From Dehalococcoidia bacterium (lineage in GTDB: Bacteria > Chloroflexota > Dehalococcoidia > Lucifugimonadales > UBA3495), in contig OZ253476.1 in assembly GCA_965261795.1 (NCBI GenBank), positions 2,002,099 through 2,066,098 of the forward strand: a DNA stretch of 64,000 nt. Reading direction: 5' to 3'. The translations under genes were made by a program, and so were the position numbers. Shown one piece after another: positions 17,428-26,921 of this stretch; position 1 is the first letter of the stretch; the number at the start of each line of letters is the position of its first letter. The notes below the pieces were generated by a model that was given only the letters and a program-made list of their open reading frames with translations, ran no database searches and was not told the DNA's origin.

Positions 17428-18678
17428 ATGGTAGAGCAATTGGCCAGGCCCAAAGACAAGGCGGAGATCTACTGGTTCTCTGAGCAACCTTACGGGCACG
17501 TCAGCAACGCAGACTTGGAACAATTCGAGTCGGGGCGTCTTGGATTCCCCAACACCTACTTCGACCCCCAAAAAGCCAGTGTGCTGTACAACCAGTATCA
17601 CGAGCAGTACGCCCTGGCCGACGAAGTAGGCTTCGACGGCATCATGAGCAACGAACACCATGCTTCCTACTGGTGCATGAAGCCTTCGGTCAACCTGGAT
17701 GCCGCGGTCATCGCCAAGCTGACCAAGCGCGTCAAGATAGCCATCCTGGGTAACGTTATCGCCATCAACGATCCCATCCGCATGGCAGAGGAGATCGCCA
17801 TGCTGGACTGCTATTCCGGCGGCCGGATTATCTCCGGCTTCGTCCGCGGCACCGCCGTGGAAACCCTGCAGGGTGGAATTGCGCCCCCGGAAAACCGGGA
17901 ACGCTTCGAAGAAGCCCACGACCTGATCATCAAGTGTTGGACGGAGCCGGGCCCCTTCCGTTATGAAGGGAAGCATTACCAGTACCGCGTGGTGAACCCG
18001 TGGGTAGTGCCGATGCAGAAGCCCCGCCCGGACATCTGGTTCCCCGGCACCGGCAGTCCCGAGAGCGTGGTATGGGCCGCCAAGCACAAGCACCCTTACA
18101 TGAACCTTGGCGCTTTGGTGGACACGACCGAGTGGCTGAAGCAGGTCTACATTGACACCGCCGAAGAGGAAGGTTGGCAAGCGGGCCCGGAACACTTCGG
18201 CTACCTGCTACGGTGCTTGGTCGCCGACACCGACGAAAAAGCCATCGAACTGGGCCGGGAATTCATGTGGACCATTGAGCACCGGCAACGCGGACCGATG
18301 GAACACAACGACCCGCCCGGTTACCAGTCCCGCGCATCCGTTGAGATCAAGGCGCAGCGCCCCACCGGCAATGTGGCCGGAGCGGGCGGGCTGGGCGTCG
18401 GCCTTAGCTACGACCAGCTCCGGGGCGTCAATAACATCATTGTCGGCAGTCCCGATACCGTAACCCAGAAGCTGACCGAGGTTATAGAACGCCTTAGCCC
18501 CGGGTACATCCACATCTACGGCAACGAAGGCGCGATGAAGCACGAGGACGTGATGCGCTCGATCCAGCTATTGGGCAACGAGGTTATACCCGCGCTGCAC
18601 GAAGTGCAACTGCAACCCTACGACAACCGCCCCCGGGCCGCCCGTCCCACGACGGGTACGGCGGGTTTGGCGCCGTAG
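17428..18678 (+). CDS. LLM-class flavin-dependent oxidoreductase (luciferase-like monooxygenase)
   Basis: FDGIMSNEHHASYWCMKPS...AILGNVIAINDPIRMAEEIAMLDCYSGGRIISGFVRG. AAGGAGGAG lies upstream of ATG 17428. Confidence 0.85.
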   Translation: MVEQLARPKDKAEIYWFSEQPYGHVSNADLEQFESGRLGFPNTYFDPQKASVLYNQYHEQYALADEVGFDGIMSNEHHASYWCMKPSVNLDAAVIAKLTKRVKIAILGNVIAINDPIRMAEEIAMLDCYSGGRIISGFVRGTAVETLQGGIAPPENRERFEEAHDLIIKCWTEPGPFRYEGKHYQYRVVNPWVVPMQKPRPDIWFPGTGSPESVVWAAKHKHPYMNLGALVDTTEWLKQVYIDTAEEEGWQAGPEHFGYLLRCLVADTDEKAIELGREFMWTIEHRQRGPMEHNDPPGYQSRASVEIKAQRPTGNVAGAGGLGVGLSYDQLRGVNNIIVGSPDTVTQKLTEVIERLSPGYIHIYGNEGAMKHEDVMRSIQLLGNEVIPALHEVQLQPYDNRPRAARPTTGTAGLAP

Positions 18679-18708
18679 GTTCTCAGGAAGGCCACCCGAT
18701 AATGAGAC

Positions 18709-18744
18709 AAGCCCCCGGCCAGCAACGGCCGGGGGCTTTTGTTA
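18709..18744 (+). terminator. rho-independent terminator
   Basis: 12-bp stem AAGCCCCCGGCC / GGCCGGGGGCTT, loop AGCAAC, then TTTTGTTATT. Confidence 0.75.
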
Positions 18745-18916
18745 TTGTGGAATTCCTGCCGGAGTCTTTGGAACGATGCGACTGCGTCCGGCAAATTGTC
18801 ACAACAAGCAAGACTCGCGCCTAAGTTCTGCGTGAATGTAACGGTAAAATGGTACGTGACGGGCGGAAGAACTACCGCGTATCGTCAATCCAATCCGGCA
18901 CGGAGAGCATACTCTG

Positions 18917-21900
18917 ATGCTTGACGGTAGCAGCCTCCCCTTGACTCGGTGCCTCTCCGTAGACTTGGAGGTCGGTGTCAAAGACGGTCGAATCCACAAA
19001 TTCGCCGGAATACGGGCGGATACCGGTCAGTTTGTGACTTTTTCCGGCGAAGCAAGCCGACTTGCCGCGGCTTTGGCAAGATTGGATGAGCTGGCCGATG
19101 GAGCAGACTTCCTGCTGGGCCATAACCTGATCGGGTTCGATTTGCCCCACCTCCAGGCCGCTAGTCCCGGGTTGCGGCTATTGGAGCTTCCCGCGGTGGA
19201 TACTCTCCGGCTCAATCCTCTTGCCTTCCCCCGCAATCCATATCATCACTTGGTCAAGCATTACCAGGACGGGCAGCTAAAACGAGGGAGGATCAACGAT
19301 CCGGAACTGGATGCGAGACTCACAATGGAGGTATTCAGAGACCAACAGGAAGCTCTCCGAAGCACTCCGCCAGACCTGCTTGCCGCTTGGCATGGGCTGA
19401 CCTCGTCAGACGGCGGTGAGGGATTCGACAGGTTTTTTTCAACCATTCGGGCGTTGCCGAGACCGACTGATGCCGAAACCCTTGACGCAATTCGGACGAG
19501 ACTGGAAGGCATATCCTGCCGGACGCAGGCCGCCGAGGTCCTTGCCGACATATCCCATTACGGCTGGCCGCTGGCCTACGCGCTGGCGTGGCTGTCGGTA
19601 GCCGGCAGCAACTCGGTCATGCCCCCATGGGTGCGGCACCAGTTCCCCGAGGCTGGACGATTGGTTCGCCGGTTGCGCGACAGCGCCTGTTCCAACCCTG
19701 CATGTAGTTGGTGCCGGAAACATCATGACGCCTGCAAGGAACTTGCCCGTTGGTTTGGCTTCACGGCCTTCAGGCCGGAGCCGGTGGATGAGGCGGGACG
19801 GCCGATGCAGCAGTCGATTGCGGAGGCGGCGCTGGCAGGGGAGCATGTGCTGGGAATTCTGCCCACCGGAGTCGGCAAGTCGGTCTGTTATCAGGTGCCT
19901 GCCTTGTCCCGTTACGATAAGACAGGCGCCTTGACGGTGGTAATCTCTCCGCTGGTGGCCTTGATGGCCGACCAAGTAGCCGGGCTGGAAGCCCGGGGCA
20001 TCTTCTCCTGCGTGACAGTCAACGGGCTTCTCTCCATGCCGGAGAGGGCCGATGCATTGGAACGGGTGAGGCTGGGGGATGCCAGCATCCTCCTGGTCTC
20101 GCCAGAGCAGCTTCGAAGCGTGTCGCTGCGCAGGGCCTTGGAACAACGTGAGATTGGCGCCTGGGTGCTGGATGAAGCCCATTGCCTTTCCAGATGGGGA
20201 CACGATTTCCGGCCCGATTACCGCTACGTTGGTCGTTTCATTCGTGAGAAGGCAAGAGATGAGTCGCCGCCGCCGGTGTTGTGCCTGACCGCCACAGCCA
20301 AGCCCGACGTGCAAGCCGACATTGTGGACTATTTCCAGCGGGAACTCGGAATCCAATTGAAGGTTTTCGACGGTGGTGCACAGCGGACCAACCTGGAATT
20401 TGTAGTGGTCCAAACCAGCGGCGGGGAAAAGTTCGCCCATATCCACCAGATACTGGCTGCCGACCTACCAGAGGACGATACAGGAGGCGCCATAGTCTAT
20501 TGCGCCACCCGTCGGCACACCGAAGAGGTTGCGGCATTCCTGCAGACCAAGGGAGTAAAAGCGGACTACTTCCACGCGAGACTGCCGCCCGAGACCAAGA
20601 AGAACGTGCAGGAAAGCTTCATCCGCGGTGAATTGCAGGTTATCGTCGCCACCAATGCCTTCGGGATGGGCATAGACAAGCCGAACGTGCGAGTGGTGGT
20701 CCATGCCGACGTTCCCGGTTCTTTGGAGAACTACCTGCAGGAGGCCGGCCGGGCTGGGCGGGACCAGCAGAAGGCGCGCTGCGTACTGCTTTACACCCAG
20801 GACGATGTGGAGCGCCAGTTCGGCATGTCAGCCCGCTCGCGGCTTACCCGCAAGGAAATTCACGGCGTCCTCAGGGCGATCCGCAATATGGACCGTAAGA
20901 AACGCTTGGGTGGGGAGGTAGTCGCCACTGCCGGTGAGATTCTGCTCGAGGACGAAGACAAGGCGTTCGAACGAGATTCGACCACCGACGATACCAGGGT
21001 GCGCACCGCAGTGGCATGGTTGGAGGAGGCGGTGCTGCTGACCCGTGAGGAGAACCGGGTGCAGGTCTTTCCCTCCTCTTTGCGGGTGAGTTCCGTGACG
21101 GATGCTCGAAACAGGATCGGAAAAGCTCCTATCGCCACATCTTACCGCAACCAATTGCTGAAGATCACGGAGGCGTTAATCCAAGCCAACCCGGACGAGG
21201 GTATTTCCACTGACGAGCTAATGGCTGAGTCCGGCTTGACCCCCGAGGGTGTGAGGAACGCGCTTTACGACCTGGAGCAGTTGGGCATCGCCAGCAACGA
21301 CACCGCGTTGACCGCCTTCGTCCACACCGGAGTGGAGCGGTCCTCCAGGGCGCGATTCAGACAAGCGGCGGGGCTGGAAGAAGGGCTGATTGACCTGCTG
21401 CGCCTGGACGCCCCGGACATGGGCACCGGTGACAGCTCTGCATTGCATCTCCGTGTCGCCACGCAACGTCTCAAAGACGAGGGTCATGCCTACGCCCTGC
21501 CTGAACGTCTGACAAGAATAGTGCGCAGCATCGCCGCTGACGGGCGCGGCGAGGGCGGGAGTGGCGGTAGCCTTGGCATACGTGGATCGCATTCCGAGAC
21601 TATGCAGATTACATTGCAACGGGAATGGCGGGCGTTGGTGAGGACGGCTGAGCTACGCCGCGCGGCCGCCGGGCGCTTGCTGGACCACCTGCTCGCCTGT
21701 CTACCGCCGGGAAGCCGGGGTACGGACCTCCTGGCGGAGACCACCTTGGGCAAGCTGCTGGCGACGATAAACTCCGACATGACCCTGATGAGTGAAGTAA
21801 AGTACCCCACCAGGCTGCTCGACCATGCGCTGCTGTGGCTGCACGAGCAGGAAGTCATCAGGCTGAACAAAGGTTTGGCAGTGTTTCGGCCCGCCATGAC

Positions 21901-24031
21901 GATTCGCTTGAAGCCGGAGCGACGTGGATTTTCCCAAGCCGACTTCGATCCTCTCAAGCTCCATTACGATGAACAGGTCGCGCAGATCCACGTGATGGCG
22001 GAATACGTCGAGCGTGGCTTGAAGGTTATGGCTGAAGCCCTGCGCTTGGTGGTGGACTATTTCAGCCTTCGCCGAGCGGAGTTCCTTCGCCGTTGGCTCC
22101 CGGACCGGGAGACGGAGATGTCACGCCAGACCACGCCGGAGTCGTGGCAGACTATCGTCGAAAACCTGAACAATCCCGTCCAGCGCCGTATTGTGGCCGA
22201 CGACCGGGAGCAGACCAACGTACTGGTGCTCGCAGGCCCAGGGTCCGGTAAGACCAGAGTCCTGGTACACCGCATCGCTTATCTGATACGAGCCAGGCGC
22301 GAGAACCCTCGCGGCATCCTGGCGCTGGCGTATAACCGGCATGCTGCGGTGGAAATACGCCGCCGATTGGCAGAATTGATTGGCGACGATGCCCGGGGAG
22401 TCATCGTGCTTACCTGCCACGCCCTCGCCATGAGACTGGTGGGCGCTAGTTTCTCCGGACGTGCGGAGCGCCTGACGGAAGAGGCATTCCATGAAGTCCT
22501 CAGAGAGGCTGCGGCCATGCTTCGCGGTGAAGGGCTGCCGCCCGAAGAGGCGGATGAACAAAGGGCGCGGCTGTTGCGAGGATTCCGTTGGATTCTGGTG
22601 GACGAGTACCAGGATGTCGGTCCAGAGCAGTACGAGCTTATTTCCTCTCTAGCCGGCAGGGCTCTATTGGACGAGGACGACAAGCTAAGCCTTTTCGCGG
22701 TAGGAGACGACGATCAGAATATCTATGCGTTTAATGGCTCGTCGGTGGAGTTTATACGCCGTTTTGAGACGGACTATAGTGCGAGGCCTGCGTTCTTGAC
22801 CGGGAATTATCGCTCCGCCGGTCATATTATCGCGGCTGCCAACTCTGTCATCGAACCGGCCTGGCAGCGTATGAAGGCCGGGCATCCCATCGAGGTTGAC
22901 CGAGCGCGGAGGAGGGAGCCTCCCGGGGGTGCGTGGACACTATATGACCCAGTTGCCCAAGGTAGGGTCCAGATACTGCCGGTTGGCACGACTCCTGCCT
23001 CCCAAGCCCAAGCGGTTGTTTCGGAATTGAAAAGGCTGGCTGGGGTCGCGCCTGACTGGAGTTGGTCTAACTGTGCGGTGATAGCTCGGGAATGGAGCTA
23101 CCTGGACCCGGTACGCAGCCTTTGTGAACTTGAAGGCATCCCGGTGCAAATGGCCAACGAGGAGTTCTCGGGTGTCTGGCATTTGAGGGAGACCAGAGGG
23201 CTGGTGAAATGGATACGGGGGCGCGATTCCAAACTGGTCAACAGCGCGGACGTGCATGGTTGGTTGACCAACCAACCACCCGGCCGTTGGACGGAGTTGC
23301 TCCAAGAGGCGGTAGCCGAATACGCTCTGGAGACCGGCGGCGTAGAAACGCCGGTGGACCACATCATTGAATGGCTGGCGGAGTGGGGACGGGAAGTGCG
23401 ACGCCGCCAGCGAGGTCTACTTCTGCTGACCGCGCACCGGGCCAAAGGGTTGGAGTTCGACCACGTGGTCGTACTGGATGGAGGATGGGACCGGGTCGGG
23501 CGTGGGGAAGACGCAGATGCACCGCGCCGGCTCTACTACGTGGCCATGACCAGGGCGCGCCATACTCTCACCCTGAGCCGTTTTCCGGGGCCTCATCATT
23601 TGCAGGATGCCTTACGGGACAGTCCCTCGATCTTGAAACGCGAGACACTTTCCCACCTCCCTCCGACAGCGGCGGAACTTAATCGCCGGTATCGAAGGCT
23701 AAACCTGCGGGACGTGTTTTTGAGTTTCGCGGGGTACTTTCTCCCCGATCACTCGGTGCATCGCGCTATTGCCGCCCTCTCGCCCGGCGATCTGCTACAG
23801 GTGCGAGTCCGGTTCAATCGTTGGGAGTTGGCGGATAGCAACGGGATGGTCGTTGGACAGCTTGCGGCCAGATTTGAGGCCCCTGCAGGCATGCGGCCCG
23901 CGTTTGCCACCGTCTGGGCCATCGCCACTTGGGACCGTGAACGGTCTGAACCCCAATTCAGAGAGGGACTCCAATGCGGTTCCTGGGAAGTGGTGGTCCC
24001 GGAGTTGGTGTTTGAGCCGAGCACGGGTTAA
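18917..24031 (+). CDS. 1704-aa fusion: DEDD-type 3'-5' exonuclease-like domain + RecQ-type SF2 helicase + UvrD/Rep-type SF1 helicase
   Basis: Exonuclease motifs VDLE, HNLIGFDLPHL, NDPELDARL. RecQ motifs LPTGVGKS, VLDEAHCLSRWGHDFRPDY, CLTATA, QEAGRAGRDQQ. UvrD motifs LAGPGSGKTRVL, ILVDEYQDV, FAVGDDDQNIYAFNGS, LTAHRAKGLEFDHVVVL, YVAMTRARHTL. Confidence 0.85.
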   Translation: MLDGSSLPLTRCLSVDLEVGVKDGRIHKFAGIRADTGQFVTFSGEASRLAAALARLDELADGADFLLGHNLIGFDLPHLQAASPGLRLLELPAVDTLRLNPLAFPRNPYHHLVKHYQDGQLKRGRINDPELDARLTMEVFRDQQEALRSTPPDLLAAWHGLTSSDGGEGFDRFFSTIRALPRPTDAETLDAIRTRLEGISCRTQAAEVLADISHYGWPLAYALAWLSVAGSNSVMPPWVRHQFPEAGRLVRRLRDSACSNPACSWCRKHHDACKELARWFGFTAFRPEPVDEAGRPMQQSIAEAALAGEHVLGILPTGVGKSVCYQVPALSRYDKTGALTVVISPLVALMADQVAGLEARGIFSCVTVNGLLSMPERADALERVRLGDASILLVSPEQLRSVSLRRALEQREIGAWVLDEAHCLSRWGHDFRPDYRYVGRFIREKARDESPPPVLCLTATAKPDVQADIVDYFQRELGIQLKVFDGGAQRTNLEFVVVQTSGGEKFAHIHQILAADLPEDDTGGAIVYCATRRHTEEVAAFLQTKGVKADYFHARLPPETKKNVQESFIRGELQVIVATNAFGMGIDKPNVRVVVHADVPGSLENYLQEAGRAGRDQQKARCVLLYTQDDVERQFGMSARSRLTRKEIHGVLRAIRNMDRKKRLGGEVVATAGEILLEDEDKAFERDSTTDDTRVRTAVAWLEEAVLLTREENRVQVFPSSLRVSSVTDARNRIGKAPIATSYRNQLLKITEALIQANPDEGISTDELMAESGLTPEGVRNALYDLEQLGIASNDTALTAFVHTGVERSSRARFRQAAGLEEGLIDLLRLDAPDMGTGDSSALHLRVATQRLKDEGHAYALPERLTRIVRSIAADGRGEGGSGGSLGIRGSHSETMQITLQREWRALVRTAELRRAAAGRLLDHLLACLPPGSRGTDLLAETTLGKLLATINSDMTLMSEVKYPTRLLDHALLWLHEQEVIRLNKGLAVFRPAMTIRLKPERRGFSQADFDPLKLHYDEQVAQIHVMAEYVERGLKVMAEALRLVVDYFSLRRAEFLRRWLPDRETEMSRQTTPESWQTIVENLNNPVQRRIVADDREQTNVLVLAGPGSGKTRVLVHRIAYLIRARRENPRGILALAYNRHAAVEIRRRLAELIGDDARGVIVLTCHALAMRLVGASFSGRAERLTEEAFHEVLREAAAMLRGEGLPPEEADEQRARLLRGFRWILVDEYQDVGPEQYELISSLAGRALLDEDDKLSLFAVGDDDQNIYAFNGSSVEFIRRFETDYSARPAFLTGNYRSAGHIIAAANSVIEPAWQRMKAGHPIEVDRARRREPPGGAWTLYDPVAQGRVQILPVGTTPASQAQAVVSELKRLAGVAPDWSWSNCAVIAREWSYLDPVRSLCELEGIPVQMANEEFSGVWHLRETRGLVKWIRGRDSKLVNSADVHGWLTNQPPGRWTELLQEAVAEYALETGGVETPVDHIIEWLAEWGREVRRRQRGLLLLTAHRAKGLEFDHVVVLDGGWDRVGRGEDADAPRRLYYVAMTRARHTLTLSRFPGPHHLQDALRDSPSILKRETLSHLPPTAAELNRRYRRLNLRDVFLSFAGYFLPDHSVHRAIAALSPGDLLQVRVRFNRWELADSNGMVVGQLAARFEAPAGMRPAFATVWAIATWDRERSEPQFREGLQCGSWEVVVPELVFEPSTG

Positions 24032-24127
24032 GCGACTAACTTGACCCAAAGAAGGCATGGGGCCTTCTGAGTAGTCGCAAACCTTTCGCCCGCCGCAACG
24101 GGTAGGTTTGTACTCGCCGGTGTGACA

Positions 24128-24157
24128 AAGCCCCCGGCCAGCAACAGCCGGGGGCTT
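24128..24157. terminator. hairpin, near-identical direct copy of the 18709 terminator stem-loop
   Basis: AAGCCCCCGGC-CAGCAACA-GCCGGGGGCTT. On the minus strand it is followed by TGTCAC (weak U tract) and lies 34 nt downstream of the TPP-enzyme stop. Confidence 0.5.
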
Positions 24158-24190
24158 CCGCATTGGGCGAGGATGACAGGTCGGGCAGGT

Positions 24191-25879
24191 CTAACGAGAC
24201 AGGACCACGTCCACCAAGGCGAGTTGGCCCCGGTTGACGGCGGCGAGGGCGCGTTCCAAGGCGGGCTTGAGTTCTGCGGGGTCCTCTACCCGTTCGCCGT
24301 GACCGCCGAAGGGCGCTACCAGTTCGGCGTAGTTGGGGCCTGGGATATCGACGCCGTGATGGATTCCGGTCCTGGCGGCTACGCCGTCGGGGAAGAATTG
24401 CAGGTGGGAGCTTTGCATCGCGGCGTACTTGCCGTTGTTGAACACCACTATCATTATGGGGATGTTCTCTGCGGCGGACACGCCGAGGCTCTGGGTGACG
24501 GGGTTGTAGAGGAAGCAGCCGTCACCCATGAGGGCGACCACCGGCTGCTGAGGCTTGGCAAGCTTCACTCCCAAGGCCATTCCAAGTCCCTGGCCCAAGC
24601 CGCCGTTGGGGTGGAAGTAGCTCTGGGGCTTGTTCCAGCCCAAGTGCCTGAAAATCGCTCCTCGATGAGTGATGGTCTCCTCCACGTAGACTGTGTCATC
24701 GGGCATGACCTCGCTCAACGCGGCGCACAGCCAGGCCGGGTCGATGGGGTAGTCGTTTTTGACGCTCTCCACGACTGAATCGGCGCTTTCCTGCTGCTTG
24801 ACGTGTTCCGCGCTCCAGTAAGAACGCCGGTCGTCAGCCTTGTCAGATGCGGCTTCGGTGGCGCCCAGCAGCATTTGCAGGGTTGAGGCTACGTCGCCCT
24901 CCAAGTACACGTCGGCTTTCAACGCCTGATAAACCAAGTGCTCTTTGATGGGGTTTTCGTCGATAACTACCACGTCGCCCTGCGCCGGGCCCTGCGTGGG
25001 CGGGTACCAGGGTGTGCGAGTACCCACCAGCAGGAACAGGTCGGAAGTTGACATAAACCGGCCCAGGTCAGACCCCATGTACAGAGGGTGATCTTTGGGG
25101 AAGTTGGCGTAGTTGGGGGCCACTTCCACCACCGGAATGGCGAACCGTTCCGCCAGAGTCACAAGGTTGTGGAAGGCGGCAACGTCCTGGCCGCAGCCCT
25201 CTGCGACGATGACCGGGTGGGCGGACTTGGAAATCAGGCCGGCGACGTGCTTGACCGCCGAAGCATCGGAGTACATCTTTGGGGCGGCCGGCGGCTTGGT
25301 CATCCTGGCCGGGGGGACCCATTCGGGACGCATGACCTCGATTGGTATGTCCAGGTAGGTAGGTCCCTTCGGAATCCGCTGGGCCAGTTCTCCGGCCCGG
25401 CTGACCGTCTCGTAAAGGGTATGGGGGCTAGTGACGTGGCTGCTCCACTTGACGAAGGGGTCCACCAAGCGGTTGGGCCCGCCGACTACACTCAGGTTCC
25501 GGTACCACTGGGAGCCGGGGTCGAATTCGGGGTCTTCCCCGTAGGTGATGGACTCGCCGGAGCAGACGATCATGGGAATTTCGGCCAAGTATGCGCCGTG
25601 GATTCCCAGCGACCCTTGAAGCAGACCCACGCCGGCGTGCAGCAATACGGCCTGAAGGCGGCCTGTCACCCTGGTGTAGCCCATGGCCATAGTGACCGCC
25701 AGGGTCTCGTGCCAGCAGTCGATGTACCGGGGACCGTCTATTTCGTTGGTCTTCTGCCGGGCCAAGGCTTCCCACACCGACGGCCACTCGGAACCCGGCG
25801 AGGATATGATGTAGTCCACTCCCAGATTGCGGAACGCTTCCAGGACGGCCTCGCCACCGTCAAGTTTCTCGGTCGTCAT
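24191..25879 (-). CDS. thiamine pyrophosphate-binding enzyme (acetolactate synthase / benzoylformate decarboxylase family)
   Basis: N-terminal GGEAVLEAFRNLGVDYIISSPGSEW, and a C-terminal TPP motif region GDGCFLYNPVTQSLGVSAAENIPIMIVVFNNGKY. ATG 25879 is preceded by AAGGAGG. Confidence 0.85.
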   Translation of the reverse strand: MTTEKLDGGEAVLEAFRNLGVDYIISSPGSEWPSVWEALARQKTNEIDGPRYIDCWHETLAVTMAMGYTRVTGRLQAVLLHAGVGLLQGSLGIHGAYLAEIPMIVCSGESITYGEDPEFDPGSQWYRNLSVVGGPNRLVDPFVKWSSHVTSPHTLYETVSRAGELAQRIPKGPTYLDIPIEVMRPEWVPPARMTKPPAAPKMYSDASAVKHVAGLISKSAHPVIVAEGCGQDVAAFHNLVTLAERFAIPVVEVAPNYANFPKDHPLYMGSDLGRFMSTSDLFLLVGTRTPWYPPTQGPAQGDVVVIDENPIKEHLVYQALKADVYLEGDVASTLQMLLGATEAASDKADDRRSYWSAEHVKQQESADSVVESVKNDYPIDPAWLCAALSEVMPDDTVYVEETITHRGAIFRHLGWNKPQSYFHPNGGLGQGLGMALGVKLAKPQQPVVALMGDGCFLYNPVTQSLGVSAAENIPIMIVVFNNGKYAAMQSSHLQFFPDGVAARTGIHHGVDIPGPNYAELVAPFGGHGERVEDPAELKPALERALAAVNRGQLALVDVVLSR

Positions 25880-25973
25880 TGTAGCCTCCTTAAGAAGTGC
25901 TGGACCGCCTGCCTGCGACAAGTCCTGCTTGACGCCCATTATACGATGTCCGGGACCCGCCTTGGGACCGGTG

Positions 25974-26402
25974 TTACCACGTCAGGCCCGGCTCCCGCTC
26001 CTGGAGGACTTCGCCGAAGAGGGTGAGGAGCTGATCAATCTGAAGGACGACAACATCGCCGGTATGGACCTGGTCGCCGCCCGTGGGCGACAGCCTGCGG
26101 TCTACTTCGTCGAAGTCCGGGCCTTCCTGGTGGGTGGAGGCAGTGCAGCGGAACTTCCAGCCTTGGCCGGTGGCGGCGTTGCGGTAGATTACTATGACCT
26201 TTGGGTTCTCTTCGGGCTGCACCAGGGACGTGGCGCTGCTGCGGTTCTTGTAAGCCAGGGAAGAGCCGGTCAGGGCCATCATGGTGCCGATGTAACCGAC
26301 ATCCGGGGTCCCGTCCTTGGATGAAGTGACGACGATGCACGGGTTTCCACCGGCCCTGGCGTTGTTGATGCTGTCCTGTATCTCGTCGGTCAAATTGATC
26401 AT
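25974..26402 (-). CDS. pyridoxamine 5'-phosphate oxidase family (split-barrel flavin/F420-binding) protein
   Basis: INNARAGGNPCIVVTSSKDGTPDVGYIG...ENPKVIVIYRN follows the PPOX-family pattern. AGGAGA lies upstream of ATG 26402. Confidence 0.55.
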   Translation of the reverse strand: MINLTDEIQDSINNARAGGNPCIVVTSSKDGTPDVGYIGTMMALTGSSLAYKNRSSATSLVQPEENPKVIVIYRNAATGQGWKFRCTASTHQEGPDFDEVDRRLSPTGGDQVHTGDVVVLQIDQLLTLFGEVLQEREPGLTW

Positions 26403-26420
26403 TTCTTCTCCTAATAGATA

Positions 26421-26551
26421 CTATGTCAAAACCAATCAGTCTCGCTGATTTCCCTACGTCGCTGACCGAGGCCTATAGATTCCCGCCTGCTTGGGAATGA
26501 CGTTCCTGCTTGGGAATGACAGGTTGGGTACTGCGACAAGTTTTGAGATAG
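26421..26551. mobile_element. MITE-like element copy (131 bp)
   Basis: Termini CTATGTCAAAAC (26421-26432) and GTTTTGAGATAG (26540-26551). Internal AATCAGTCTCGCTGATT and ATTCCCGCCTGCTTGGGAAT hairpins, with a 19-nt internal duplication GAATGACGTTCCTGCTTGG. Confidence 0.6.
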
Positions 26552-26555
26552 TTTC

Positions 26556-26670
26556 TCAGTGTCAAAACCAATCAGTCTCGCTGATTTCTCTACGTCGCTG
26601 ACCGAGGCCTATAGATTCCCGCCTGCGCGGGAATGACGGGTTGGGTGCGGGAACGACGAAAAGTGTCAAC
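26556..26670. mobile_element. second, more degenerate MITE-like copy in tandem
   Basis: Starts CAGTGTCAAAACCAATCAGTCTCGCTGATTTC. Carries a perfect ATTCCCGC-CTGC-GCGGGAAT hairpin (26615-26634). Right end is eroded (CGACGAAAAGTGTCAAC). Confidence 0.5.
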
Positions 26671-26675
26671 GCAGG

Positions 26676-26921
26676 CTACTCACCCGGCTTCACCCAGCGG
26701 CATTCGGGGAGGTGGCCGTGGGCGCCGTTGTCAGAGCAGGTGCAGGGGATATCGTTGCGCTTGATGTAGCCGGTGAGTATCAGGTAGGCATCGAACCCAA
26801 CGTAGAAGGTGTCTCCGGCGTCGATGGACTCGAAACCGGCGGCGAACGCCTGCCGGAGGACATCTTGAGAGGGCGATATCATAAAGCGTTCATGGGCAGC
26901 GGAGCGGTTGGCGTAGGTCAA
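26676..26921 (-). CDS. hypothetical small protein (81 aa)
   Basis: TTG start overlaps the upstream TGA as TTGA (26921-26918). Contains CTCSDNGAHGHLPEC. No recognisable family. Confidence 0.4.
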   Translation of the reverse strand: MTYANRSAAHERFMISPSQDVLRQAFAAGFESIDAGDTFYVGFDAYLILTGYIKRNDIPCTCSDNGAHGHLPECRWVKPGE

